Source: Catajapyx aquilonaris (taxonomy: Eukaryota). From it: a DNA stretch of 58,090 nt. Numbering within the stretch: the first letter of the stretch is position 1; each line of letters begins with the position of its first letter. The stretch covers positions 1 through 58,090 of the forward strand of contig KZ538623.1 in assembly GCA_000934665.2 (NCBI GenBank). The letters run 5' to 3'. The notes below the pieces were generated by a model. It was not told the origin of the DNA, searched no databases, and saw only the letters and a list, made by a program, of their open reading frames with translations. Shown piece by piece: positions 28,013 to 40,000 of this stretch. The translations under genes and the position numbers were made by a program.

Positions 28013-30401
28013 CTAGGACACAACCAATATTCCGAGACCTGTGAAACCTTTGTCGTCCATGCGATGGATGTCATTGTCACTGACAATTTTCTGCATGCTT
28101 CCTCCTTCCAGTGGTTCCCTTTCCGTCGGCTCATAACTTTGCTCCTGACTGTTCCCAAGTCCAGCCAAATGCTTCTTTCTTCTGAGGGCCAGCTTGAAGC
28201 GAAGGGCTGCCAAGGCACAGAGAAGCCCGTGCAGGACCATGAGGAGGACCACGGCCCCCACAAGGGCAGAGAAAGTGTGCGCTGGTCTCTCCCAGTCCAG
28301 GGTGGTGTATATGTAGTGGCGGCCCTTTGGGTCCAGACCACCCGCCAACCAGTAGCAGAAGCTGCAATATTGGAGGAGGAATTGTTATTGCCGACTGCAT
28401 AAACCAACAGCATAAGTGCAGAATGATCAGTCGCATATAAGACGCTCATCCAATATTATCCTCACCTGAAGAAGGCGTACGTAAGGAATGCCAGTACTGG
28501 ATGAGTGAAATGTGCAAGTCGACAGGGCCTGGCCGACACCATGAAGTCAATAATTACAACCACGCTGTTCAAGCCATGCGTAATGAACGTTATTACCTTC
28601 AGCTGATGTATTTCTGAAAGGTGAGATTAAACATTAAATCCAATTCCTTGACGTAACTGGCAGATAGTTAAAAGAGGTATTAACTCACTTGGGTCATAAA
28701 CGAGGCCCCAGAAGCCAATAGTGATTCCAATTGCAATAACAGTGATTATGTTACCCATGACCCATGAAGCCTTGTAGCTGGCTGGCATTCCTTTTTCTTG
28801 GCCGCAAACAGTCTTCAGCTCGTCATCCCCTGAATAGACATAGAGTAAGTGTCACCACCTGAGACTCTTAATGTGCAGATTGTATTACAAGGGCAAGCAA
28901 AGCCAGACAGCAAGTGCCTCAAGCCAGACAGGCAATATAGATGATGATGAAAATCACCTCTAGTCCAGGCCACTGTGGCAATGATTGCGGCCCAGCAGAA
29001 GTGGGCCGTTTGGAGGAGCAAACCCCAGTTGGTGAAAAAGATCAGCCAGCTGCCGGGAGGATTGTCCCTGGAGTGCATCACCACCGAGGCCACCAACATG
29101 CCCAGCATCAGCACGCTCATGGCCCATCGGTACGCCACGAAGGCTGAAGTTGTCCAGTGACTTTTCTGCCACTGTAAATGAGAAACTCATGTTATATCCT
29201 GAGAAGTCAGTTTAAAGCACTACATATTAAATGCTTGCATATGGAATTCATTCATTGTTAAAATTTAGTAAATAATTTTGATTTAGCATTATGCAGGTCC
29301 ATTGTCACCCATACAATTGGCACTGAAAGGTTAATGAGGATCGCTTTTTTTTTTTTCAACAAATATTTGTAAGAAGTTTCTCCTTGATTTCTTTTTATTG
29401 TGCGTCACTGCCATGACATAATTACTATTACGCGAAATGAATTTCTACATCTCTCCATAGACTCTTTAAAAAATGCTCTGGATGCTCTGGTTGTCGTAAT
29501 ATTTACTTGCAATGTAAATAAATCCTCAATATGAGGTTACATGAAACAGCGATTACATGTACAGACCTACAAGAACCATAGCCGTATGATCGATCCGTCG
29601 CAATTTCCTACCTTAGTAACAATCGACCGTAACTGTTTCAAAATACTCGAGTTGGCCTGGGCAAATCTGCATAATAAATTGCATATGACCCTCCTGACCC
29701 ACGTCAAGGGCGCATTCTGACTAATGAGGATATGGTGTGTGTGTGTGTGTGTGTCGCAGTGCGTTCCACATGTGCAATGAGTACACAGACTCAACCATTT
29801 AAACTCATCACGCGATAGTAGGCCTACAATCACTGGCTCAGTGACGGGGTTCACTAGAAATTGACCTCGACCTCTTGTAATTATAAGATGCAAAGTGACA
29901 CAGTAAACAATACGCAAGAATTTCGGGGCCACCCTGTAGATGTATAGAACAATTGGTATATGTAACAGTTTGACGTGACACGCGCCACTGATGATTACAC
30001 CTACATGCAATTGGAATAAATTTACGAGTAAATTGCCTGGCATAAAATGGTCGCATGTTACTCGTAAAACCTAGTTTCCTACCGGCGATATGGTTCACTC
30101 ACAATACTGCAGTAAAATCCAAACGTTGCCCAACTTTTTTTTGTTTGTTTGAAATTGTAACAGCAACATGCAAGTTACACCTTTATGCAAGTGTGACGTC
30201 CGAGCATATTAATTAAGCCCAACTGGATTTAGAGCGTGCTGAAAATTGTTAGTTTCAAACCGAACTTTCCCGCCACTGTTTCAAAAGAAAAAGAAATCAC
30301 CTTACCTGTGAGATGACCATCAGGTGAGGCCTGTCTCCGTCCAATCCGAATCGTCCCCAGCACCTTCTCAAGGCCGACATCTGGAACTCCATCTTCAACA
30401 T
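28013..30401 (-). CDS. rost: Rolling stone-like multi-pass membrane protein. Exons 30401-30306, 29171-28958, 28829-28689, 28613-28466, 28361-28013; 315 aa
   Basis: Family motifs: SQW, YRW, WLIFFTNWG, ITIGFWGLVYDP, HGLNSVVVIIDF, P.RLAHF..P, YWLAGG.D..G..YIY..LDW. It has multiple hydrophobic helices and GT-AG junctions in consistent phase (948 nt). Confidence 0.85.
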
Positions 30402-31059
30402 GATGGTTTTAAATTTGGAACCGCAGCACCTGCCTCTCAGCCTCAGGTCTATTTTGCCAAGATGCAGATCTACAAATGTAATTGAGGAATGAAGAAGATC
30501 CAAGAAGGAGCAAGGACAATTGCTTTGGCTCAGCTGTTGGCTCCTCAGTACTCTTTTGTGCACTGTGCATGAGGAATACTTTTCTCTCCCCCCNNNNNNN
30601 NNNNCCCCCCCCAAAGCACCCCCCTCTGTGCTAACCACCCACCCATAGAGAGCGCCTTTGCCTCAAACCCGGTTGTTTCTTGCAGCAGAACGGACAACGA
30701 CATTCTTTAAAGCCAACCATTCTTGTAAGGAAAACCGAGATGAATTGCTGGGAATTATTTTCACTTCCAATTTCACCAACGATTCCATTCAAAATTCAGT
30801 TTGGCGCCAAATTCGACCTCATATTAATTATATTATTCTAATATTTATTTTCATTTCCTGTTCAATTTATTAATATTTGCTTTATTGCACATTGTATTAA
30901 TTTTATTAATATTTTTGCTGCATGGTACAATCATCGTATTATATTATTTTTACTATCATCTATGCATTGTGTATTTATATAATTGGTATAGCCTATGTAA
31001 AATAAAAATAAACAAAAATAATTGCTATAGCGAATTATATGGATGACCTCAATCTTCGT

Positions 31060-31109
31060 CAACTATTTATCAACATTTGATGTGAATATGAAATGTTGAT
31101 AAATAGTTG
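31060..31109. repeat. Hairpin with a perfect 19-bp stem
   Basis: CAACTATTTATCAACATTT - 12 nt - AAATGTTGATAAATAGTTG. Confidence 0.85.
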
Positions 31110-31378
31110 CTTCTAGAAGATGCGATATGTGTCGGGGTATCAATCGACAGGAGGCAGTGACATGCAAATGGTGACGTCGTCAGTAGTGCAATGTGTGTAT
31201 TGATAAAATAATGCTACAATGTAGGCTTGAAGGTCAAAGGTCGGGTGAGGAGGAAATAGCGCGCCGGGTCATACTCTTTTTATTTCAGGCCAAGGTGAAG
31301 AACTTGTTTGTGCAGTTTGTAAACATTGCTGGTGCATGTGCATTGTACAATCGCTGCAACTTTTTAATATATACATAT

Positions 31379-31379
<1 letters not shown>

Positions 31380-31450
<71 letters not shown>
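31380..31450. repeat. (AAT)n microsatellite, about 23 units
   Basis: Read directly from the sequence. Confidence 0.97.
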
Positions 31451-33096
31451 TATAACATAACTAGGAAAACTGGCTAGAAAGCGCTTCCCTCGCTTTTTTC
31501 TTGATGATTATGATTATTTGTTATTATTATACACTATATATTATATTATATTATGTAATCCGTGGTGCAACTTACATAGTTCAGCCGCCGCACTCACTTT
31601 CCGACGCAACATACGAATAACTGAAATTTTCACCCGTCTTTTTCCAACAATGCTGTCCCCTTGAATAGAATAAGTCTAGCCTCGACCTTGCAATAAAGCG
31701 GCGCCAGTACATATTGTCTGTGCGCGACACGCGATTTCCTCGAAAACAAAACAAAGCAAGCCGGCATCTATAATGATGTCACCTTGTGACCTAGTAACCA
31801 ATAATAATCGAAACATGTTCAGATATATAAAAGCTGGGCTTACCTTTATGGTACGTGGTATGACTCGGGTGATGGACACACAGGACCAGACCAACCGAAC
31901 CTTCCTCAAGCCGACTGAGTGACTGACTGACTTGAGTTCAGCGCATGCTTATCCAGTGACCGCCGCCATCTTGGTCTTCCGGTCACCTTCTTTAAAATTC
32001 ATTATGCCCACGAGGGGATCATCGATTTGCCGTACACGTCATTCGGCTGTACAAATCACAACGCGGGGAAAGTTCCTGCGGGGTTTTTTTATTTAATAAA
32101 AAAAAACACTCGACGAAAACACTTATACGTCATGGGGAAACGTTTTGTGTGGTTGGCTTCCGGACATTTATTTGCATTTTCTTGAGGTAGGAAAACTTCC
32201 GGTCGGTGGGATGGCATGATTTGGACGTCATTACGACGCTTAATTTCCGTGTGTGACAAGGACCCGGTGGTATGACTGGGTATGACAACAGGATTCCAAG
32301 AATTACAGCAGAGTTCCTGAAATAATGGCACGTATAGATGTGCAAAAAGTTAACAATCAAGCTTTTATGGCATGAGATCACGTTCAGAGGACAATGTACA
32401 GTCATGGCCTTCACTGAACGTTTGTTGGCTTTGTATGGCCATCAGCACCATAGCAAGGTGAAGGTTGCAGCAGCTGGAAGATTTGTCCTGGCTCAAACAG
32501 CCGTTTTTTGTTTCAACGTATATATGCTATATCATCACCGATTTACGTACAGTACACGTACACGTACACGTACACGTACAGTACGCCAGGCATAAAACTC
32601 GCAATCAAACTACAAAAAAAGGAAATTCTAGCATTTTTTGGGGGGATCAAAAACTGTTTATTTTCTTTTGTTAAAAAAAAATGTGCAGGGAAAAACCAAA
32701 TGTTGGTAAGGGCCATAAGAACGTACGTAACTTGATTTTCGAATGCGTGATATGGCTCGGCGTGACGTTGCGTGACGTGTGGTAGTGGGGTGATGGTCAT
32801 TTAAAAAGTCGAAGGTCAGCTTGACTGATTTTTTAGTTAAATTACGATCAACCGCTTTTTGGGGGAGACGTAAAGGGGGGAAAAAACTACAACACAAAAT
32901 TAAGAAATAATCGCACAAAAAAACACTTACTCGTGAAATAGTGATTGCAAATTCATTGATATTCAAGGCCAAACAGGACTAACTATCGTTCCAATTAATA
33001 TGAACAGGTACGTAATTTTTAATATCCCCGAAACTATAACTTCTGCATAATAATTAGCAGGTTTTGGATCAAAAAATGCCAAACTAACACAATGAT

Positions 33097-33097
33097 T

Positions 33098-33139
<42 letters not shown>

Positions 33140-33148
33140 CTGATGATG
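33097..33148. repeat. (GAT)n microsatellite
   Basis: Read directly from the sequence. Confidence 0.95.
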
Positions 33149-33888
33149 GGTTTTTGTGGCAAGTGTTTGTATACACACATTGTAATGCAGAAGAGCCATA
33201 AACTGACATAACAGTGCTTTTGAGCATTGGCAGTGAGCCAGGATAATAATATAATCACTCAACGGAGCTCAACTGATGTGAATTGCCAGGAGCTGCTCTA
33301 AGCATGTGCTTCACTTGTGCGAGTACAGTTGTGCATATGCTGAGACTTACTGCAGCAAACACTTGAAAATGGCAACTTCCCATCCCACTTCTCACTGCCA
33401 AATGAGTGCAAAATTAATAAATGTGCAAAAATGCATAATAAATTACAGTATTATTATTAACGGGTGATTTGCTCAATTGGTACAAAATTTATCACAGTTT
33501 GTTGAGGTTCAAAATTATTTTAACAATAAAATGGCTCAAAATGAATAGAAGATGGTTCTGTCACGTTGCCTGAAGGAAGTCATGAAATATGGGGTTCCAC
33601 TCCATGGGCACAAAGGGTGTGGGATTTCTGTACGGGTTGTGTTAATTGGGCTTACCAATTTAACCTGACTCATACGTGGCAAAAAGGCTACATTTGTCAG
33701 GCGGTCTCTTATTATCCCTTTGTGACCTCACGACTATAGGAAGCGATACCACTTGTTCCCATCTGCCCAGACCTAATTCCTGTCAACCTCATCAGACGCT
33801 GGTGATTTGTCTCTAGTGGTGGTATGGTATGGCCAAGGGCATGGAAGATGCACTTGCCTCACCCCGCCTCACCCTATTCTTATCATGC

Positions 33889-33918
33889 ACTAGCAGGTTA
33901 CCCGGCGTTGTCCGGGTA
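33889..33918 (-). mobile_element. Helitron 3' terminus (hairpin + CTAG)
   Basis: The minus strand reads ACCCGGACAACGCCGGGT (hairpin) then AACCTG-CTAG-T. A near-identical end occurs at 57623-57650. The 5' end was not located. Confidence 0.7.
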
Positions 33919-34344
33919 TGTTGGGGGTGCTGGTGAAGGTAGGGGTACATATACAGTACCGTATATTACGAAGTGTGTTTGTTTGTAAAAAAATTTCCTT
34001 CCATACATTCGAAACTCGTTATGTCTTAAAATAGGCCTTATATAAGTTACAATCACACCCCCACCTCGTTCCATATGTTTGTTCTAAAGAACTTTAGAAA
34101 TGTACGTACAGTACAGATGCATGGTGAAAAATTTTGTTTTCAACACGGAGTAATATTTGTAAATACTGTATTATTTTATTGTATTTAGTCTATTTACTTT
34201 TGTCTGGAAGTCTACTTTCAAATCCCACAAAATCCCGGAATTACCATAAGATATGAACTCACATGAGGTGGCCAATTAGCGTAATTGGTGGATGCGTTGA
34301 ATTTACGGCGATGGTTTAATTTGCTAGGTGTTGTTGGGCTTGAC

Positions 34345-35486
34345 TGCACTTTAGCCCCCCCAAAATATTGCTGGTTTCTATACATTTCCTGAAGCTCCTC
34401 CATGGGCTGAGTCGAATGACACTATTCCTTGGGTGCTGGAGAAACGTTTCGTTAAAGAGTAATCGAATTATGAAGTTGCAAGTAATTAACAATGAATAAA
34501 TTAAAATAAGCAAGTGTTCCATTGTTGACACTGTGTACTCCTTTTGCAGGGTTTGGGTATTCCCCATGGTAACGTGAGGGTTGCCACGGAAATGTGTTGG
34601 GAGGTCACCTGAAATACGATAATAATAAACAGTTGTGTTCACGTGTTCTTGCTGGTTAATTTGAGACAGGGGAATGGGTCACAGGGATGGAGGTGCGCTT
34701 TGTGTTGGTGATGCTGTATGGCTTTTTGTAACCGCAACAGTACTGTCCATAAGATAGGCCTGTATCCGCTCCGCTGAGGATAGGGCTGTATCCGCAACGA
34801 GTGAAGGTTAGGTTTGGTTAGGTTGGGTTAGTACATCGTACGCTGACGATAGGGCTGTATCCGCTGAAGATAGGCCTGTATCCGCTGACGATAGGCATGT
34901 ATCCGCTGAAGATAGGCCTGTATCCGCAACGAGTGAAGGTTAGGTTTGGTTAGGTTTGGTTAGTACATCGTACGCTGACGATAGGGCTGTATCCGTTGAA
35001 GATAGGCCAGTATCCGCTGAGGATAGGGCTGTATCCGCTGACGATAGGCATGTATCCGCTGAAGATAGGCCTGTAAGCGCAACGAGTGAAGGTTAGCTTT
35101 GGTTAGGTTGGGTTAGTACATCGTACGCTGACGATAGGGCTGTATCCGCTGAAGATAGGCCTGTATCCGCTGAGGATAGGGCCGGCGGTAACTTCGTCTA
35201 CTGGTAGGGCCACCTAAGTCGGACAGGTCTTTGGGGTGGGAGACCGGCTTAGAGAAATGCCACGCCTTCATCTCTTTTTTTTAACAATACGAATAAACAG
35301 TTGCAACAATGGAACACTTGCTTATTTTAATTTATTCATTGTTAATTACTTGCAACTTCATAATTCGATTACTCTTTAACGAAACGTTTCTCCAGCACCC
35401 AAGGAATAGTGTCATTCGACTCAGCCCATGGAGGAGCTTCAGGAAATGTATAGAAACCTGCAATATTTTGGGGGGGCTAAAGTGCA
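34345..35486. mobile_element. Foldback-like element with inverted arms of about 183 bp (34345-34527 and 35304-35486)
   Basis: The same peptide MEHLLILIYSLL...RKCIET appears in ORFs on opposite strands, and the arms are nearly identical. No TSD identified. Confidence 0.75.
34751..35181. repeat. Composite satellite: about 14 copies of 21-bp CCGCTGA(A/C/G)GATAGG(C/G)CTGTAT, interrupted three times by a block of about 48 bp containing GGTTAGGTTTGGTTAGGTT
   Basis: Read directly. The interrupting blocks start near 34792, 34924 and 35077. Confidence 0.9.
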
Positions 35487-35512
35487 TAAAGTGCATAAGG
35501 GCATTTCGTAGG

Positions 35513-35770
35513 GGAGACGAAGTGGCGCTGCGGAAATGTGCCCACGGATGTTAAGGTCCCGGGTTCGATCCCAGCCCGGGTTTCCCCCCTTCATCTCGTG
35601 CAGAGTTGGGTCGTCTCTGGCTTCGTTTCGGGTGGAATCTCCTCAGACTAATCCATCCGGGGGAATTCACAAAATGTACCCTTTGAGAATTGCACTTGCA
35701 CCTTAGTCACCCTGCCCGCGGGCCCGGGCGCTACCGTACGTCAAAAAGGTTCCATCAAGACGAAATAAAG
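35513..35770 (+). mobile_element. tRNA-derived SINE
   Basis: A-box-like TGGCGCTGCGG and B-box GGTTCGATCCC at tRNA spacing, followed by a non-tRNA body. The 3' boundary is approximate. Confidence 0.55.
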
Positions 35771-36440
35771 GTTCCCTCGCTGCGGTACGATGCAGGGAGG
35801 TAAATAGCCATATTTTTAAAAAGGCATTTCCATGGGTATGCAAATTGATATATTGTTATTGATGTAAGAAGTGAGAAGATTCGGGAATATGCGTGGTTCA
35901 TTTTCGGAAGCTGAAACATGCGGCGTTAGATTACTTGGAAAAAGTAACCCCCGATGCGCTAATTTAAGGCGGTGCGCACAGTTGTAGGCCGGATTGCGAA
36001 AAAGGTGGACAAATGTTTAAAAAATGGCATTTTCATGACAAAATTAATGACGCGGGGGTTTTCATGGTCGAGGAATTCAAATCTGTCGCTAAATATTCAA
36101 AATTCAAAATGGCGGATCCAATATGGCCGCCATCCGAGAGTAAAATTGCTCCTAGCTGCCTGGGCTTTCTCAACCCAACCAATTTGAACCCGATCGGATG
36201 GAAACTACGGGAGTTATTAGCTATTTGACCTTTGACCCCTTAAAAGTGGTCAAGGGGTCATGGGACCGAGGTCATTTCGGGTCAGTTCTTCGCACATTTG
36301 GGTGGCCCAACTACCCAAGTTTTCTGACTAGCCCTGTTATGCGTCTGATCTTGTGGAAATGCACAAAATCCATCAGATGATGCAACATTTCCACATACGG
36401 AACCTCGGGCACAAATGCAACCATGGGAGATTTTAAAAAG
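35771..36440 (-). mobile_element. Helentron/DINE-like non-autonomous element
   Basis: CpG-rich and non-coding. It carries motifs common in such interspersed repeats (AAAATGGCGGATCCAATATGGCCGCC, TGACCTTTGACCCC, CCGATCGG) and a short terminal hairpin near 35772-35800. The family assignment is tentative. Confidence 0.4.
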
Positions 36441-37020
36441 CATTAAATTTAATTGAATATAACGTGTAATAACTCTAGAGGGGAATACTATGTCTCCTGT
36501 ATATCATAATCATTCATTAATTTTATCCTGAGATGGTTTATTCTCCATATTTAAGCCAGAGCAATAAGGGCCCAATTGTGAGCATTAAATTTAAATAAAA
36601 TAATTACATGGACATTTCAATGAAAGTGCTGTCAGGTATGCATGTTGTATATATCTGTCATTAGGTTTAGAGCACAACTGCCTGCCATGAACAGAAACAG
36701 ACATAAATAGGTTATTTTTCCACTTCCTGGACATTTTCTATTTTCACAATTGGACCCTTATTGAATTGTGGTGTTCAATTGTTTCTAACATGAGCAGAAA
36801 GTCTCATAAGGACTTACACTTCTTGCACATGAACCAGATTTGTCACCATCAGTACAAGAAACAGAAGTCCACATGATTTCCATTTTTATTAAACAGTCAC
36901 AAAAAATGATACTGTATAAATACTACATCCTGTCAAAATGAACAATAAAACCATAAGACCGACCGAGCATAACACTTCAATTGACATATCCTTTGCACCA
37001 TCTTCACACACACTTGGCAT

Positions 37021-40000
37021 CTATGACATCATCCCGTGCTGTCCCATCCCCATTGCTCCAGGTGGGGCATACTGCCCCTGAATCTGACCCTGCATTGGCC
37101 CCTGCATTTGCCCCTGCATCTGTGGGGGCGGAGGCGGGGGCGGGGGTGGAGGTGGCTGCTGTTGCTGCTGCTGCTGCTGCATTTGCTGCGGGTGCATAGG
37201 TGGCTGCATCTGCGGATGCATCATCTGCCCTTGAGGTTGCTGTTGCTGTTGCTGTTGCTGCTGTTCGGATGAGGGTGGCCCAGGTAACTGTGCTAGCAGA
37301 TCCCTGAGAGCAGGCCATATGGTGCACTCAGGCATCTGAGAGTTGAAATCGCTGAACCGCTTAAAAGCCTGGCCCACGTTGGCAGCCAGCCCGACTGACC
37401 CTCCACCACCAGGGTCCTTTCGCTCAGCCAGTTGCGTCTTGTTGTTCTGCAGGTCGTATATCACAGGGAGTATGACCGAAGCTGGTTCCGACCCGGGTGG
37501 GTTGGCCCCTGGCTGCTGTGTCAGTTGCAGGAAGAAAAGGATCTTGCCATGAATGATCAGCAGGGACGCCATCCCCACAGGTATGATGGGAGGTGATGAT
37601 GGTGGTACCCTCAGGCACCACTGTATTGTCCAAGCAGGTGGCTGCTGAGGTGACAGAGCAGGCGTCAGCTCCAGGCGCATGATCTGCACAAAGTCTTTGA
37701 TCACTCGCATGGGGGTGGTCAGGAGGCGGATGAAGGTTAGCAGGTTGTTCGGGCGGTAAGGATGTGACACGACACGAAGGTCAAAGTACTTCTCCATGGC
37801 CTGGAGCTCCTCGGGCATCCACTGATCCTTGTACTCCGGATTGGGGGTGACCTTGTAATGGAGGCTCTGCAGGTGCTGTGGGTGGATGCCCACCTTGCAC
37901 TGGAGGCTCTCCACTTTAAACACAATCACTCCAGGCTCTGGACTAGGTAGGACTACCACCTGCTAAGTGACAATGGGAAAATTTGTCTTGAAATCTGCAC
38001 CCTTTTCTTGGCACAGCACTGGGGCTGTGACGACACAAGTAATCAGAGTCCTTCCAAGAATTGTTCTAGTCTTGAATGTTTGGCCTTTCCCAATTACGTA
38101 CTTTTAGACTCACTTCTACACAAAATACTTCCTGTAATGTGAATTTGGCCGCCCCAAATCTCTGGAAAAGTTGACTTCCCATGTGGATATGAGAATAGGC
38201 CTTTAGAAACATTTGCATTTAATATTTCCAATAACAATTCCCCAAAGCTAATTCCTGCAAAGACTCTTTGAAACAGATGGCATAAGAAAACGACACCAAC
38301 CGGACTCACATTGTCGTCCCCCTGAATAATCCTCTGGAGCTGCTTCTTCAGGTACACACACCCGAGAAATCTCTCGAGAGCACATGTGGGTGGCCCTGGC
38401 GTGTCTGAGTGCACTGCAGCTGGGTTTCCAGGTGGTGTGGATGCAGTGCAGAGCATATCAAATGCTTCGTAAGTCAGCAGAGTTGGGATGGCCCCAGCCC
38501 ATGACCTCTGTGGCAAAACCCGGGACATATGATGTGTCTGGAAGGCAACTGATCCGACACTCCCTAGTCCCAGTGACATAAGTGGTGAATGCAGAGCCAC
38601 ACTTGGACTCTGCCCAGCCCTCGGAGATGGTCTTGGGACACTGGGCGAAGCAGGCCAAGGAGACGGAGCTGGAGATGCCAATCCTTGCGATCCAACTGGG
38701 AATGGGCTGGAGCTGTCACCACTGTGACCTGGAGCACCTCCCATGAATCCTGACCCAGCCGGTGAGTGGCCAACTATGCCAGGATTTGGAGAGGGGGTTG
38801 GGAGAAGACCAGCAGGACTGGGCACATGGAGAGGGTTGGATGGGGACGAGGCCACCATTGAGGGACCCGCAGGTGAAGGGTGTGGGAGCATAGGAGAAGG
38901 CGAGGGATTGATGCCGGTTGGAGTGGGAGCTAGTGAAGGAGGTGACGGCAAGTTGAAAGAGGCAGCTGGAGATGAGCCATAATTGGGGCCCGCTAGGCCA
39001 CCACCGTGAGGGCTGGCTGGAGTGTGCGGGTTGCTACCACCACCTCCTAGAAAAATTAAACGTGGTTTAAAATGGTGGCAGGCAGCAGCTTCACTCCAAC
39101 TTACCTCCTGGGGTGTGTGGTGCATGGAATCTTAACCCACCAGCACCTCCCCCTGCTCCAGCTCCTACCCCAATCCCTCCAGACCCTGCTCCGCTCCCTC
39201 CAGCCCCACTCTCAGTTTCCATTGTGACAGGTGAAGGGGGGTTGTCATCCTCAGACTGGCTCCTCCTCCTGAAGACGGCATTCTCATCAACAAACTGCAT
39301 GAGAAATGCCCGAAGCCCCTGGGTAGGAGTAAACTCCTCCACCACGTTGCTCTTGTCGAAGAGTGAGTATGCCCCATCCCTCACATTCACCACTCCATCC
39401 CCTGCGATGTGGACATCCAGGCAGTAGAGATTGTGATAGGTGACACGAATGTGGGTTGGGGACTGGGGAAGCAGCACAAAGGTCTGCACTGGAATTTGCG
39501 GACGGGCCTGCAGTGCACCAAGTTGCGGGGAGACAGGCAGACGACTTAGGGAGAGGAGGGGTTGATAGGTCTCGTGGAGAAGTGTGGACAGGTGGGACAA
39601 GTTACGCGTCTGGTTCAGGAACATTTGTAGCTGCTGCTTCACTAGCCCATGTGGGTTGGCAGCGCTTGGGCTCCCTGAAATGGCATGGAATGCTAGCTAA
39701 GTACCACATGTTCAACTTATACTACTTCAGTTTCCCATATAAAATAATTTACAACAAATAACCTGGATCTAGTCACACCTAGCCCAGTTTTCTCATGAAC
39801 ATTAAATTACCACCTGTACTACATTGGGTCTCTTCTGCTTATCAATATCTCTAGCAGATGCAAAGAACATACCAAAAGATAGCTTGAACATCTTCTGAGA
39901 TGCACTCCACCAGATGGTAACGTTAGCGCTCTTCTTTGGTCCATAAGCCAGAATCAGTCGACTGAATGTGTACGACTTGACACTTACTATGCTGCTCAGG

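Noticed and set aside
29916..29939. Single mariner-like end (…GGCCACCCTGTA) in rolling stone intron 1
   Set aside because: No matching opposite TIR was found, so an element cannot be delimited.
30591..30612. Poly-C tracts with N runs (also 11044 and 45859-45862)
   Set aside because: Sequencing or assembly uncertainty at homopolymers, not interpretable as biology.
34751..35181. CRISPR-like repeat/spacer appearance
   Set aside because: The repeats are tandem and the intervening blocks are near-identical to one another. The context is eukaryotic with no cas genes.
35309..35554. Duplicated small protein MEHLLILIYS... on both strands
   Set aside because: A by-product of the inverted repeat arms, AT-rich and with no coding support.
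35513..35585. tRNA gene (also 57343-57420)
   Set aside because: A/B boxes are present but there is no complete cloverleaf or oligo-T terminator, and the sequence continues into a SINE body.
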